Shown: positions 1 to 6,784 of the stretch, piece by piece
How positions within the stretch are numbered: the stretch's first letter is position 1
How the letters are laid out: each line of letters starts with the position of its first letter
Notes under the pieces: model-generated
Told to the model about the DNA's origin: nothing
Seen by the model: the letters and a program-made list of their open reading frames with translations, nothing else
Databases searched by the model: none
Assembly (NCBI GenBank): GCA_038874215.1
Contig: JAVZCV010000025.1
Span: 1-16,732 of the forward strand
From: Candidatus Micrarchaeia archaeon
GTDB taxonomy: Archaea > Micrarchaeota > Micrarchaeia > Burarchaeales > JAVZCV01
Length of the DNA: 16,732 bases
Direction of reading: 5' to 3'
Translations under genes and position numbers: made by a program

Positions 1-123
1 CCAAAAATAGGAGATCTGATAGGCAGGTTGCACGAAGCAGGTTTCACCGCATCAAGAACGCACTTCAAAAGCAACGGTGTAAAAACGAATGCTGATGTAA
101 AACAAATACGAGAGTTGCTTTAA
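1..123 (+). CDS. trm1: tRNA (guanine26-N2)-dimethyltransferase Trm1, C-terminal fragment (5' truncated by window edge)
   Basis: Frame 1 reads PKIGDLIGRLHEAGFTASRTHFKSNGVKTNADVKQIRELL*. The L..xGF.ASRTHF...G(I/V)KT.A motif is typical of the Trm1 C-terminus. Not in the ORF track because it has no start codon in the window. Confidence 0.85.
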   Translation, partial: PKIGDLIGRLHEAGFTASRTHFKSNGVKTNADVKQIRELL

Positions 124-181
124 TCTCCAAATTAAAACCCCAACCAGACTAAATAGGATAGTTAGAACACGTAAAGTTCGG

Positions 182-204
182 AAAAGCTATAAAAACGATA
201 AAAA
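182..204 (-). terminator. Putative oligo-T terminator of the L1-L10-L12 operon
   Basis: The minus strand just after the rpl12 stop reads TTTTTTATCGTTTTTATAGCTTTT, i.e. three T-tracts in a convergent intergenic region. Confidence 0.5.
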
Positions 205-216
205 AGGAGGAATGAT

Positions 217-522
217 TTAACCGAACAGGCTTGCGAGACCTGCTGCGGCCTCCTCTTCGCTTTTCTTCTCTTCTTTCTTCTCCTCCTTTTTCTCCTCTTT
301 CTTTGCTTCCTGTGCCGGTGCGGCTGCAACTGGCGCTGCCACAGGAACAGCGGCGCTCTTTATCGCCTCATCTATGTTCACATCTTTAAGAGAGGCAACG
401 AGTGCCTTCGCCTTTGCAGTATCCGCCTGAATGCCTGCCGCTTCCATTACTTTCACTATATTCTCCTCGTTTATCTCCTTTTTCGCAGCGTGAAGCAAAA
501 GCGCCGCATACACATACTCCAT
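217..522 (-). CDS. rpl12: 50S ribosomal protein L12 (archaeal P1 stalk protein)
   Basis: Starts [11 protein letters not shown], has an Ala-rich hinge and acidic tail ending [10 protein letters not shown]. The ATG at 522 is preceded by a GAGGTG SD, so the 552 start is rejected. Confidence 0.96.
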   Translation of the reverse strand: MEYVYAALLLHAAKKEINEENIVKVMEAAGIQADTAKAKALVASLKDVNIDEAIKSAAVPVAAPVAAAPAQEAKKEEKKEEKKEEKKSEEEAAAGLASLFG

Positions 523-561
523 ATCCAACACCTCTTTTTCTATTGAATACACATGATACTT

Positions 562-1452
562 TTATTTTTCTTCTCTACCACCAATCCTGGAATTTATTGC
601 GTTCGCATGCATGGCTGCACGAGCCAGAATCGCATCAATCACTTCCTTCTCATATATATTCGCATTTATTGCAAGGTTCCTTGCGTTATTATAAGCAATC
701 GCTATGAACAAGCCTGCGTTATCCTTTGTTGGATAATCGCAATTTATCGAAAGGTTAAAAGCATTCATTACAGCCGTTTTGATATCGGCAAGCGTTTTTG
801 CTGGGTCAACATCAAGTATATCGGGAGTGTATAGGAAGCCGTCCTGCCAGAGCGCTATTATAGACATTCCTATTTCCAATGGCTTTATCCCGAGCGTTTG
901 AAGCGCCTTCGCAACCCCGAGAGGCACCTTCTCGCCTTTCTTTGCAACAACAGAATCGGTTGCTATAACCACCTTACCCTTATCAAGTTTCACGTTTATG
1001 CCAACCTGCTTAAGCTCTGTCATGGCAGGCCCTGGCGGTATTGATGTCTCGCCTGCAGGAACAACTATATCAAAAGGCGCAGTCTGCCCAGGTTTAAGGA
1101 ACGCTCTCCCCTTGCTTGATTTTATTTTATTAAAAAGTTCAAAAGGATCCATGTCTGAAAGCAGTATGGCAGTCGGGCCCAGCATTTTTTCCGCAAGTTC
1201 CTGCGCCTTGCCAGATTTCTTCAAAGCCCTCTCTATTATCGTATTTTTGAAAACCTTGAATTTCACTTCCCCCCGAAAACTCTTCTTTATTCTCTGAAAT
1301 TGGCTGTCTGGAAGATTTCGTATGTCCACAAGCCCTATCAGGCTCGCTTTCCCTATCTCTTTTGATAGCTCAGCAACAGCACTCTTCTTCAATGTTATTG
1401 AGCGCCTTTCTTGCTTTTTCTCCCTTTCAGCTGAACTTTTCAGAGCTTCCAC
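562..1452 (-). CDS. rplP0: 50S ribosomal protein L10 (acidic ribosomal protein P0)
   Basis: Contains FKVFKNT, APFDIVVPAGETSIPPGP and LGIKP motifs. The GTG start overlaps the rpl1 stop (TAGTG), and the gene lies between L1 and L12. Confidence 0.95.
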   Translation of the reverse strand: MEALKSSAEREKKQERRSITLKKSAVAELSKEIGKASLIGLVDIRNLPDSQFQRIKKSFRGEVKFKVFKNTIIERALKKSGKAQELAEKMLGPTAILLSDMDPFELFNKIKSSKGRAFLKPGQTAPFDIVVPAGETSIPPGPAMTELKQVGINVKLDKGKVVIATDSVVAKKGEKVPLGVAKALQTLGIKPLEIGMSIIALWQDGFLYTPDILDVDPAKTLADIKTAVMNAFNLSINCDYPTKDNAGLFIAIAYNNARNLAINANIYEKEVIDAILARAAMHANAINSRIGGREEK

Positions 1453-2081
1453 TAAAACACCCTATGGGGCTTACCCATCGTCAGTTTTACATAAGCTGAG
1501 CGTATCTTCCCTTCCCCAACCGCTTTCTTTACTGCATCCAAAACTGCTTCAAGATTGTCTGCAAGTTGCTCAACGCTCATGTTCTCGCTTCCTATAAGGC
1601 AATGGACAACGGGAAGGTATTTTCCTTTCGTTTTCAAAACAACAGATTTTTTAGCCCTCTTTATAGCCTCCTCAACGCTTCCAGTTATCGGTTTTGGCAT
1701 CTTGTCTCTTATTGCAAGCTTCTGGCCTAAGTGCTTTCCTACTACAGCCATAAGGCTCGGTTGGGCGATAAAAGCATTCTTATAAAGTGTTTTTAGCCTT
1801 TTCTTATCCCCTGCGAGTTTAGGAATTTCATCAGACGAAATTACAACGCTCGCACCCGCCTTCTTTACATCAAGTGCAAGTTGGCCATCCGCAAATGCGA
1901 CTACGCCGACTTCCCTCCCCCTACCATGCGGAAGCACAACATCCACGTTTAGCCTGTTCTCGGGCTTGCTGAAATCAACTCCTTTGAAGTTTATCGCAAC
2001 TTCTACGCTCTGTAAAAACTTCCGCTTTCCCTTATCCTCAAGGCACTTTCTGATTGCTTCCTCAATTCCTTTCCTATCCAT
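1452..2081 (-). CDS. rpl1: 50S ribosomal protein L1
   Basis: Contains KRKFLQSVEVAINFKGVD, VVLPHG, KMPKP and YVKLTMG motifs. A GGAGG SD lies 6 nt upstream of the ATG. Confidence 0.97.
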   Translation of the reverse strand: MDRKGIEEAIRKCLEDKGKRKFLQSVEVAINFKGVDFSKPENRLNVDVVLPHGRGREVGVVAFADGQLALDVKKAGASVVISSDEIPKLAGDKKRLKTLYKNAFIAQPSLMAVVGKHLGQKLAIRDKMPKPITGSVEEAIKRAKKSVVLKTKGKYLPVVHCLIGSENMSVEQLADNLEAVLDAVKKAVGEGKIRSAYVKLTMGKPHRVF

Positions 2082-2085
2082 CTAA

Positions 2086-2129
2086 TCCCTCCTGCTTACA
2101 GCGCATAGCGCCAAGCAGTCCTTACGGGA
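2086..2129 (-). promoter_or_regulatory. 5'-UTR hairpin resembling an L1-protein binding site, overlapping the rpl1 SD (putative translational autoregulation)
   Basis: Minus strand folds as UCCC-GUAAGGA-CUGCUU-GGCGC-UAU-GCGCU-GU-AAGCAG-GA-GGGA. The asymmetric internal loop G-GA-G / C-GUAAGGA-C matches the L1 mRNA target pattern. Confidence 0.7.
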
Positions 2130-2153
2130 AAACAAAGATGGGAAATTCTACCA

Positions 2154-2170
2154 ATATAAAACTTATAAAC
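2154..2170. promoter_or_regulatory. Divergent archaeal TATA boxes for the rpl1 operon (-) and dsbA (+)
   Basis: ATATAAAACTTATAAAC gives TTATAAA on the plus strand and TTTATAAG/TTTTATAT on the minus strand, between divergent genes. Confidence 0.55.
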
Positions 2171-2210
2171 CTATGCTTAACATCTTCTCTACTATCCGCG
2201 GGGTGGTTTT

Positions 2211-3035
2211 TTGAAAGATGAAAAAAAAGAGGAACAGCAAGAAAAGCCAACATCTGAATTAACCTTTATTCTCTCAATAGGTTTAATAATAATCCTTGGA
2301 GCCTTAATAATATCCGCCAGCATTATCTACACTGGGTCAATGCTAAACAAGAATATGCAATCTCTCGCATCCGAAATCAGTAAACTGCAAATTTTAACTA
2401 ACATGAGTTCTATGGCTACACAGGAAAACAGAACCACAACAACTACAAATGCTTCCCATCAGCAATCCCAAACCACAATAAATATAACGGGCAAGCAGAT
2501 ACTTGGGCAGCAGAACGCCCCCGTGACAATCGTTATTTTCAGCGATTTTGAATGCCCATACTGCGGAGCGCTTGCTGGCGGAAACGAGGATGTGGTGAGT
2601 TACCTTAAATCACGGGACCCAACATGGGAACCTGCAATACCAAACATCATACGGGATTACGTGAACACGGGAAAGGTTAAACTCGTTTTTAAGCATTTCC
2701 CCATTCACGAAAACTCTCTTGCAGCAGCCCAGGCTTCTGAATGCGCCGCCAAGCAGGGAAAATTCTGGGAATACCATGACATTCTTTTTGCAAATCAGGA
2801 TAACCTCACAATTGCTGCCCTCAAAAAATACGCTTCTGATATAGGGCTTGAAAGGAGTTCTTTTGATAGCTGCTTGGAAAGCAATGAAACACAGAGCATA
2901 GCGATATCCGATTATCAAGAAGGCGTAAAGCTTGGCGTTCGTGGTACCCCCACACTTTACATAAATAACATATCTGTCGTTGGGGCCCAACCATACAGTT
3001 CTATAAAGAGAACGATAGATAGTGAACTATCCTAA
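2211..3035 (+). CDS. Membrane-anchored DsbA/thioredoxin-fold disulfide oxidoreductase
   Basis: N-terminal TM helix and Thr/Gln-rich linker, then G..NAPVTIVIFSDFECPYC, FKHFP, AAQASECA, QGKFWEYHD and cis-Pro GTPT. The TTG start has a GGGTGG SD. Confidence 0.92.
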   Translation: MKDEKKEEQQEKPTSELTFILSIGLIIILGALIISASIIYTGSMLNKNMQSLASEISKLQILTNMSSMATQENRTTTTTNASHQQSQTTINITGKQILGQQNAPVTIVIFSDFECPYCGALAGGNEDVVSYLKSRDPTWEPAIPNIIRDYVNTGKVKLVFKHFPIHENSLAAAQASECAAKQGKFWEYHDILFANQDNLTIAALKKYASDIGLERSSFDSCLESNETQSIAISDYQEGVKLGVRGTPTLYINNISVVGAQPYSSIKRTIDSELS

Positions 3036-3053
3036 ACAAGACGGATTTATGCC

Positions 3054-4955
3054 TCATCTTCCGCTGTTGCTTGCCTCAATCATAGCAGCGGTCAAACTCT
3101 CAACAAACCTCAAAGCAGCTTTATCGCTAGGGCCATACATGTTTATACCAAGTATGTCAATAGGCAAAACTATCTCATACTCTCTTCTGCCTGCCGTTAT
3201 CCTTATCCTGTATGTTGGCGTGTCATAAATGCTTTTTCCTTCGCAACCACCCAAAAATGCGGCATTAACAATAGCCCCACTCTTCATCTCAACAGTTACC
3301 GATGTCGGAATCCGCTGTATTGCCTTACCATCCGGCGTTGTTTTTAACTCTGAGTTGAAAGCGAGTGCTCTCCTAACTCCACAACCCATAATTGCAGTAG
3401 CCTGTTCCAAATCCATCCAAGTTGCTTCCTCTCTGGGTGGCGGATTTATCCTTTCATTTCGCATCTCGCCAGGCGTTTTTGGGAGCGTCCTCCCCTCTTG
3501 CGTTTGCGCTCTAATCCCTTCCTCTGGGCTCCATACCGTGCTCCACCTGTATGCGTAATCATGCATTAGGCTCCCATAATCACTCCTATAAGGTCTAAAA
3601 TACCTTCTCCATTCCCTTCCGCTGCAAAGCTCATCATAAACAGCACTCAGACGCCATATGAGCTGTCTCTTAATTTCTTCTATTCTTCGGACTTCTTTCA
3701 CCGCATTCTGGTAATTATCAAAAGAATGCGTTCCATCGCCAAAAGAGTATACTCTATACGCTCTCTCAACTTCACGCTGCATGGCTGTAAGTTTAGCCAA
3801 TATATCTCGCAACACATCCGCCTCCCTCATCAATGCCCTTGAAGTGTATCTCCATAGCTCAACACCTAATAAACTGCTCCTCAGCACCCCATCAACTGCA
3901 TCTGGAGGCAAACTAACATCCCACGTGCACATCCACCTATGTCGCAAATATTCATGATTGACTTCACGCCAATCAACAGGGTTCCAAGTAAGCCCCTCTC
4001 GCCTCTCGTACCAGTTTATGTAATCCCCAAATCTAGCATACGCACCAATCAGCCTCTCAAACTTATTATTGTATGACGCAACATCGTGATAGAGCTTTAC
4101 ATACTGTTCGTATGTTTGCGGGCCTCTCTTGTAAGCAGTAATCATGGCAGATATATGCCGCGATAACCTATCCAAATATCCTCCCACCATGCTGCGATAA
4201 CGCTCAGCAACCTTCGGCGCGAGCTGCATTCCATGCGGGTTTATCTCGCATATCTTCATCTCCTCTTCGCTTATTATCGGTTCAATCTTCTCACGCGGTT
4301 CCTTCTGAACTACTCCGACTTCAGGCGCAGCAGCAGTTGCTGCCGCCGATACATAAACAGCATGTATTGCAGGCGGGCTTGCTGTCTGAGCGTATGCTTT
4401 TTGCTCAGGTGCTGAGAAAACTAGTGTTCCGACAACAGCAGTCATTGCAGCGAAAAGCGATATCCTCACACCCAGTTTCCCTCCTCTATGAACCTTCGCC
4501 GATACAATACTATCACCAAACGCATTAAACTCGTTAGTAGTAGAGGCAGAATTAGGTTCTTTCCTTCTTATCACAATACCTCCATTTGCTGGTAAAACTT
4601 CAACAGTATATCTCCCGCCCAACCGATCCTCCACTGACCTAACAAATGGCTCTACGGGTATGCGGCTACCATCAGAGCATATCGGCACTATCATGCCTCT
4701 CTCAAGAAAAAAACCCGTACTAGCGATATTCCTTGCATCATTTGCAATATCCCTTGCCATATTTCTTGCCTGCGCAGTAAGAGCCTGCGGCTGTTCAAAA
4801 ACACGCTCGGGATAATGGGGGGCAGAGGCTCTTATAACGAACTGCCGGGGTCTATCTGGTTTCATCGGATGGGGTATTCTGGTACTTCTCCCCTCCCCTA
4901 AGCTTGCTTTAATCTTTTGGCTACGCATATGCATAAATGCAGGCGGCTGTCTCAT
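3054..4955 (-). CDS. Large orphan protein with one TM/signal-like segment and a long helical C-terminal region
   Basis: 633-aa ORF filling the gap between genes. Hydrophobic segment ISLFAAMTAVVGTLVFSA is followed by AYA-Q. No family recognised. Confidence 0.8.
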   Translation of the reverse strand: MRQPPAFMHMRSQKIKASLGEGRSTRIPHPMKPDRPRQFVIRASAPHYPERVFEQPQALTAQARNMARDIANDARNIASTGFFLERGMIVPICSDGSRIPVEPFVRSVEDRLGGRYTVEVLPANGGIVIRRKEPNSASTTNEFNAFGDSIVSAKVHRGGKLGVRISLFAAMTAVVGTLVFSAPEQKAYAQTASPPAIHAVYVSAAATAAAPEVGVVQKEPREKIEPIISEEEMKICEINPHGMQLAPKVAERYRSMVGGYLDRLSRHISAMITAYKRGPQTYEQYVKLYHDVASYNNKFERLIGAYARFGDYINWYERREGLTWNPVDWREVNHEYLRHRWMCTWDVSLPPDAVDGVLRSSLLGVELWRYTSRALMREADVLRDILAKLTAMQREVERAYRVYSFGDGTHSFDNYQNAVKEVRRIEEIKRQLIWRLSAVYDELCSGREWRRYFRPYRSDYGSLMHDYAYRWSTVWSPEEGIRAQTQEGRTLPKTPGEMRNERINPPPREEATWMDLEQATAIMGCGVRRALAFNSELKTTPDGKAIQRIPTSVTVEMKSGAIVNAAFLGGCEGKSIYDTPTYRIRITAGRREYEIVLPIDILGINMYGPSDKAALRFVESLTAAMIEASNSGR

Positions 4956-4979
4956 AGAAATCTATATAACACTACGAAT

Positions 4980-5030
4980 TTTCAATATTTAAGTATTTTG
5001 ATTTAAGAAAAAAAGCCGGTATTTATAAAG
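4980..5030. promoter_or_regulatory. Divergent AT-rich promoter region, probably driving leaderless transcripts
   Basis: TTTATAAA at about 5022-5029 lies about 20 nt before ATG 5049. TTAAATAT on the minus strand at about 4985-4992 lies about 30 nt before ATG 4955. Neither gene has an SD. Confidence 0.45.
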
Positions 5031-5048
5031 CAGTAGTGAACTAATCTC

Positions 5049-5891
5049 ATGATAAACTTACTTAAAAAAGTGGAAGAAGGCCTTCTTACGCTTACATACA
5101 TATCACTCTTGCTTGTTTTACTCTCATGCGTTTTTGGGGTATTCCTCCTATTCGGCCAAGATAAAATCGGTACATCTCTAATCGGAATCTATACAATCGT
5201 TATTCTTCTCCTCCTATCCCTCCTTATTCTCTTAGTTTTTGTTTTTTGGCCCATTATAACAATCCTGCGGTTTTTTTGTTGTATAAGGGAAAGGAAGCTT
5301 GCAATAAACGAGAGCAGGCACGCGATTTTTGGAGCCCTCTTGATATTAGTTGACATAGCCGTTATCGCTCTATTTGCAGCTACCCAGCCAGCAAACGGAT
5401 CAAACAGTATCATTCCAATGATGGTAGGCCTCCTCCTTCTTCTGCTCGCTGCAACTTACATTATGTTTGAAGTCCATTCCTATAATAGTCTATCTTTATT
5501 TGCTGAGCAAACGGGTTTTGACGTTTTGACAGAGGACCGCCCAGCCCTCCTCTCATTCATCTTGCCGAATGTCAAAGCCATAGTAGGAAAGCATGGCGGG
5601 AGAGACTTCACAATCAGCGTAGTGCGAAGGGAAAACAGGGATGTTCTAAAAATTAAGGTGTTTGTAGAAACCCGAAGAGCCGCAGACATCCTCTATGCAG
5701 GCGGGACTAATGAAAAAATGCAAAGCGTATTCAAAAAATACGAGGATATACTACCCGACATACTTTCTTCCTATATGAATGAAGGCGAATTAATTATATA
5801 TGCGAAAGGGGATTTAGATATTGAAGGATTGGGCAAGGTGCTAAATTTCGCAGTAGATGTAGCAAGCATTGTGGAGAGAGAAAAAACATAG
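5049..5891 (+). CDS. Hypothetical membrane protein (about 4 N-terminal TM helices plus a soluble C-terminal domain)
   Basis: 280-aa ORF with four hydrophobic stretches in the first 140 aa. No family recognised. Confidence 0.8.
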   Translation: MINLLKKVEEGLLTLTYISLLLVLLSCVFGVFLLFGQDKIGTSLIGIYTIVILLLLSLLILLVFVFWPIITILRFFCCIRERKLAINESRHAIFGALLILVDIAVIALFAATQPANGSNSIIPMMVGLLLLLLAATYIMFEVHSYNSLSLFAEQTGFDVLTEDRPALLSFILPNVKAIVGKHGGRDFTISVVRRENRDVLKIKVFVETRRAADILYAGGTNEKMQSVFKKYEDILPDILSSYMNEGELIIYAKGDLDIEGLGKVLNFAVDVASIVEREKT

Positions 5892-5903
5892 GGTGTTGGC
5901 AGG

Positions 5904-5916
5904 CTTTTATTTTTTT
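5904..5916 (+). terminator. Oligo-T terminator
   Basis: CTTTTATTTTTTT begins 13 nt after the stop of 5049..5891. Confidence 0.5.
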
Positions 5917-5955
5917 GTGTCTAAATACCGTAAAACATCCAAGGGCCCGTAACTC

Positions 5956-5991
5956 AACCTACGGCCAAATTTAACAGACCGAGGTGTTGAA
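5956..5991 (+). other. tRNA intron 1 (36 nt, position 13/14)
   Basis: Central helix TAAC(5950-53)/GTTG(5986-89), 3-nt bulges TCA and AAA, inner helix ACCT-a-CGG/CCG-AGGT. Excision restores A14-G15 and the G15-C48 pair. Confidence 0.75.
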
Positions 5992-6018
5992 AGCTTGGCC
6001 TAGAGTGCCTGGCTTTTA

Positions 6019-6032
6019 ATTATGAAGAAGGC
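6019..6032 (+). other. tRNA intron 2 (14 nt, canonical 37/38)
   Basis: Strict BHB: helix CTTT/GAAG, bulges TAA and GCA, inner helix TT/AA, with the anticodon stem as outer helix. Confidence 0.92.
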
Positions 6033-6054
6033 ACCAGGAAGCCGCGGGTTCAAA

Positions 6055-6093
6055 TGGCACCTTCCCAATTGGGAAGTTCTTCGCTGATGAAAA
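6055..6093 (+). other. tRNA intron 3 (39 nt, T-loop, position 59/60)
   Basis: Helix TTCA(6049-52)/TGAA(6088-91), AAT bulges, T-stem as outer helix, relaxed inner side (GGC/GCT). Contains the hairpin CTTCCC-AATT-GGGAAG. Confidence 0.82.
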
Positions 6094-6126
6094 TCCCGCC
6101 GGGCCCGCTCTTACTATGGGGATTGC

Positions 6127-6780
6127 ATGAAGGAACTTTTTGAGGGAGTTTATCTGATTGAAGGAAAACTCGCAACAAAAAACCTTTCCCCAGGTTTCCG
6201 AGTTTACGGAGAAAAACTCGTAAATGTCGGCGGAGCAGAATACCGCTTCTGGGATCCTTACAGAAGCAAGCTTGCAGCCGCCATAAAGAATGGGCTCAAA
6301 ACTCTTCCGATAAAAAGAACCGCACGAGTGCTATACCTTGGCGCAGCGAGCGGGACAACGGCTTCCCATGTCTCCGATATCATAGAAAAGAACGGTGTTG
6401 TATTCTGTGTTGAATTTGCTCCCAGAGCAATGCGGGATTTGCTCAAAGTCTGCGAAAAGAGGGAAAACATGGTACCGATACTTGCGGACGCGCGGATGCC
6501 AGAAAGCTATTCAGATATAGGAAAGGTTGATGTCATATATGAGGATGTGGCACAACCAGAGCAGGCGGAGATAATGGTCAGGAATGCAAGCCGCTTTCTA
6601 GTTAAAAGCGGTTGGGCTATGATCGCTATAAAGTCCCAGAGCATAGACGCCGTTCGGGATGTTGAGGAAACCTTTAAAAATACCGTTTCTGAATTAGAAG
6701 AGACATTTGATATTGTTGAGAAAATCCGTCTTGAACCATACGATAGGGCGCATCTTTTCCTTCTAATGAGCTATCGGTGA
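6127..6780 (+). CDS. flpA: Fibrillarin-like rRNA/tRNA 2'-O-methyltransferase
   Basis: Contains VYGEKL, EYRFWDPYRSKLAAAI, VLYLGAASGTTASHVSD, EDVAQPEQ and LEPYDRAH motifs. Confidence 0.97.
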   Translation: MKELFEGVYLIEGKLATKNLSPGFRVYGEKLVNVGGAEYRFWDPYRSKLAAAIKNGLKTLPIKRTARVLYLGAASGTTASHVSDIIEKNGVVFCVEFAPRAMRDLLKVCEKRENMVPILADARMPESYSDIGKVDVIYEDVAQPEQAEIMVRNASRFLVKSGWAMIAIKSQSIDAVRDVEETFKNTVSELEETFDIVEKIRLEPYDRAHLFLLMSYR

Positions 6781-6784
6781 GTAA

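Larger units (their letters stand above)
5943..6107 (+). tRNA. tRNA-Lys(UUU) interrupted by three introns (exons 5943-5955, 5992-6018, 6033-6054, 6094-6107)
   Basis: The joined exons give a 76-nt cloverleaf: acceptor GGGCCCG/CGGGCCC, D-stem ACTC/GAGT, D-loop AGCTTGGCCTA, anticodon stem CCTGG/CCAGG with loop CT-TTT-AA, variable region AAGCC, T-stem GCGGG/CCCGC, T-loop TTCAAAT and discriminator G73. CCA is not encoded. Confidence 0.93.

Noticed and set aside
250-310. Repeated CTT/CTC low-complexity tract
   Set aside because: It encodes the KKEE-rich acidic tail of L12 and is not an independent repeat.
402-1785. Plus-strand ORFs 402-707, 553-834, 998-1297, 1322-1597 and 1555-1785
   Set aside because: They are antisense shadows of the well-supported ribosomal protein genes and have no recognisable motifs.
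5979-5990. Possible nested intron within intron 1 (AACA/TGTT helix, GAC and GAA bulges)
   Set aside because: Its removal would delete the GTTG strand needed for the productive BHB and leaves no route to a mature tRNA. It is kept only as a competing fold.
5969-6002. Alternative placement of the D-arm intron at 21/22 using GGCC/GGCC as the central helix
   Set aside because: It gives an oversized 13-nt D-loop and an A15-C48 mismatch. The 13/14 model gives a canonical D-loop and a better inner helix.
5943-6107. tRNA as an integration site for a mobile element carrying the upstream orphan genes
   Set aside because: No duplicated tRNA fragment, integrase or transposase is visible in the window.
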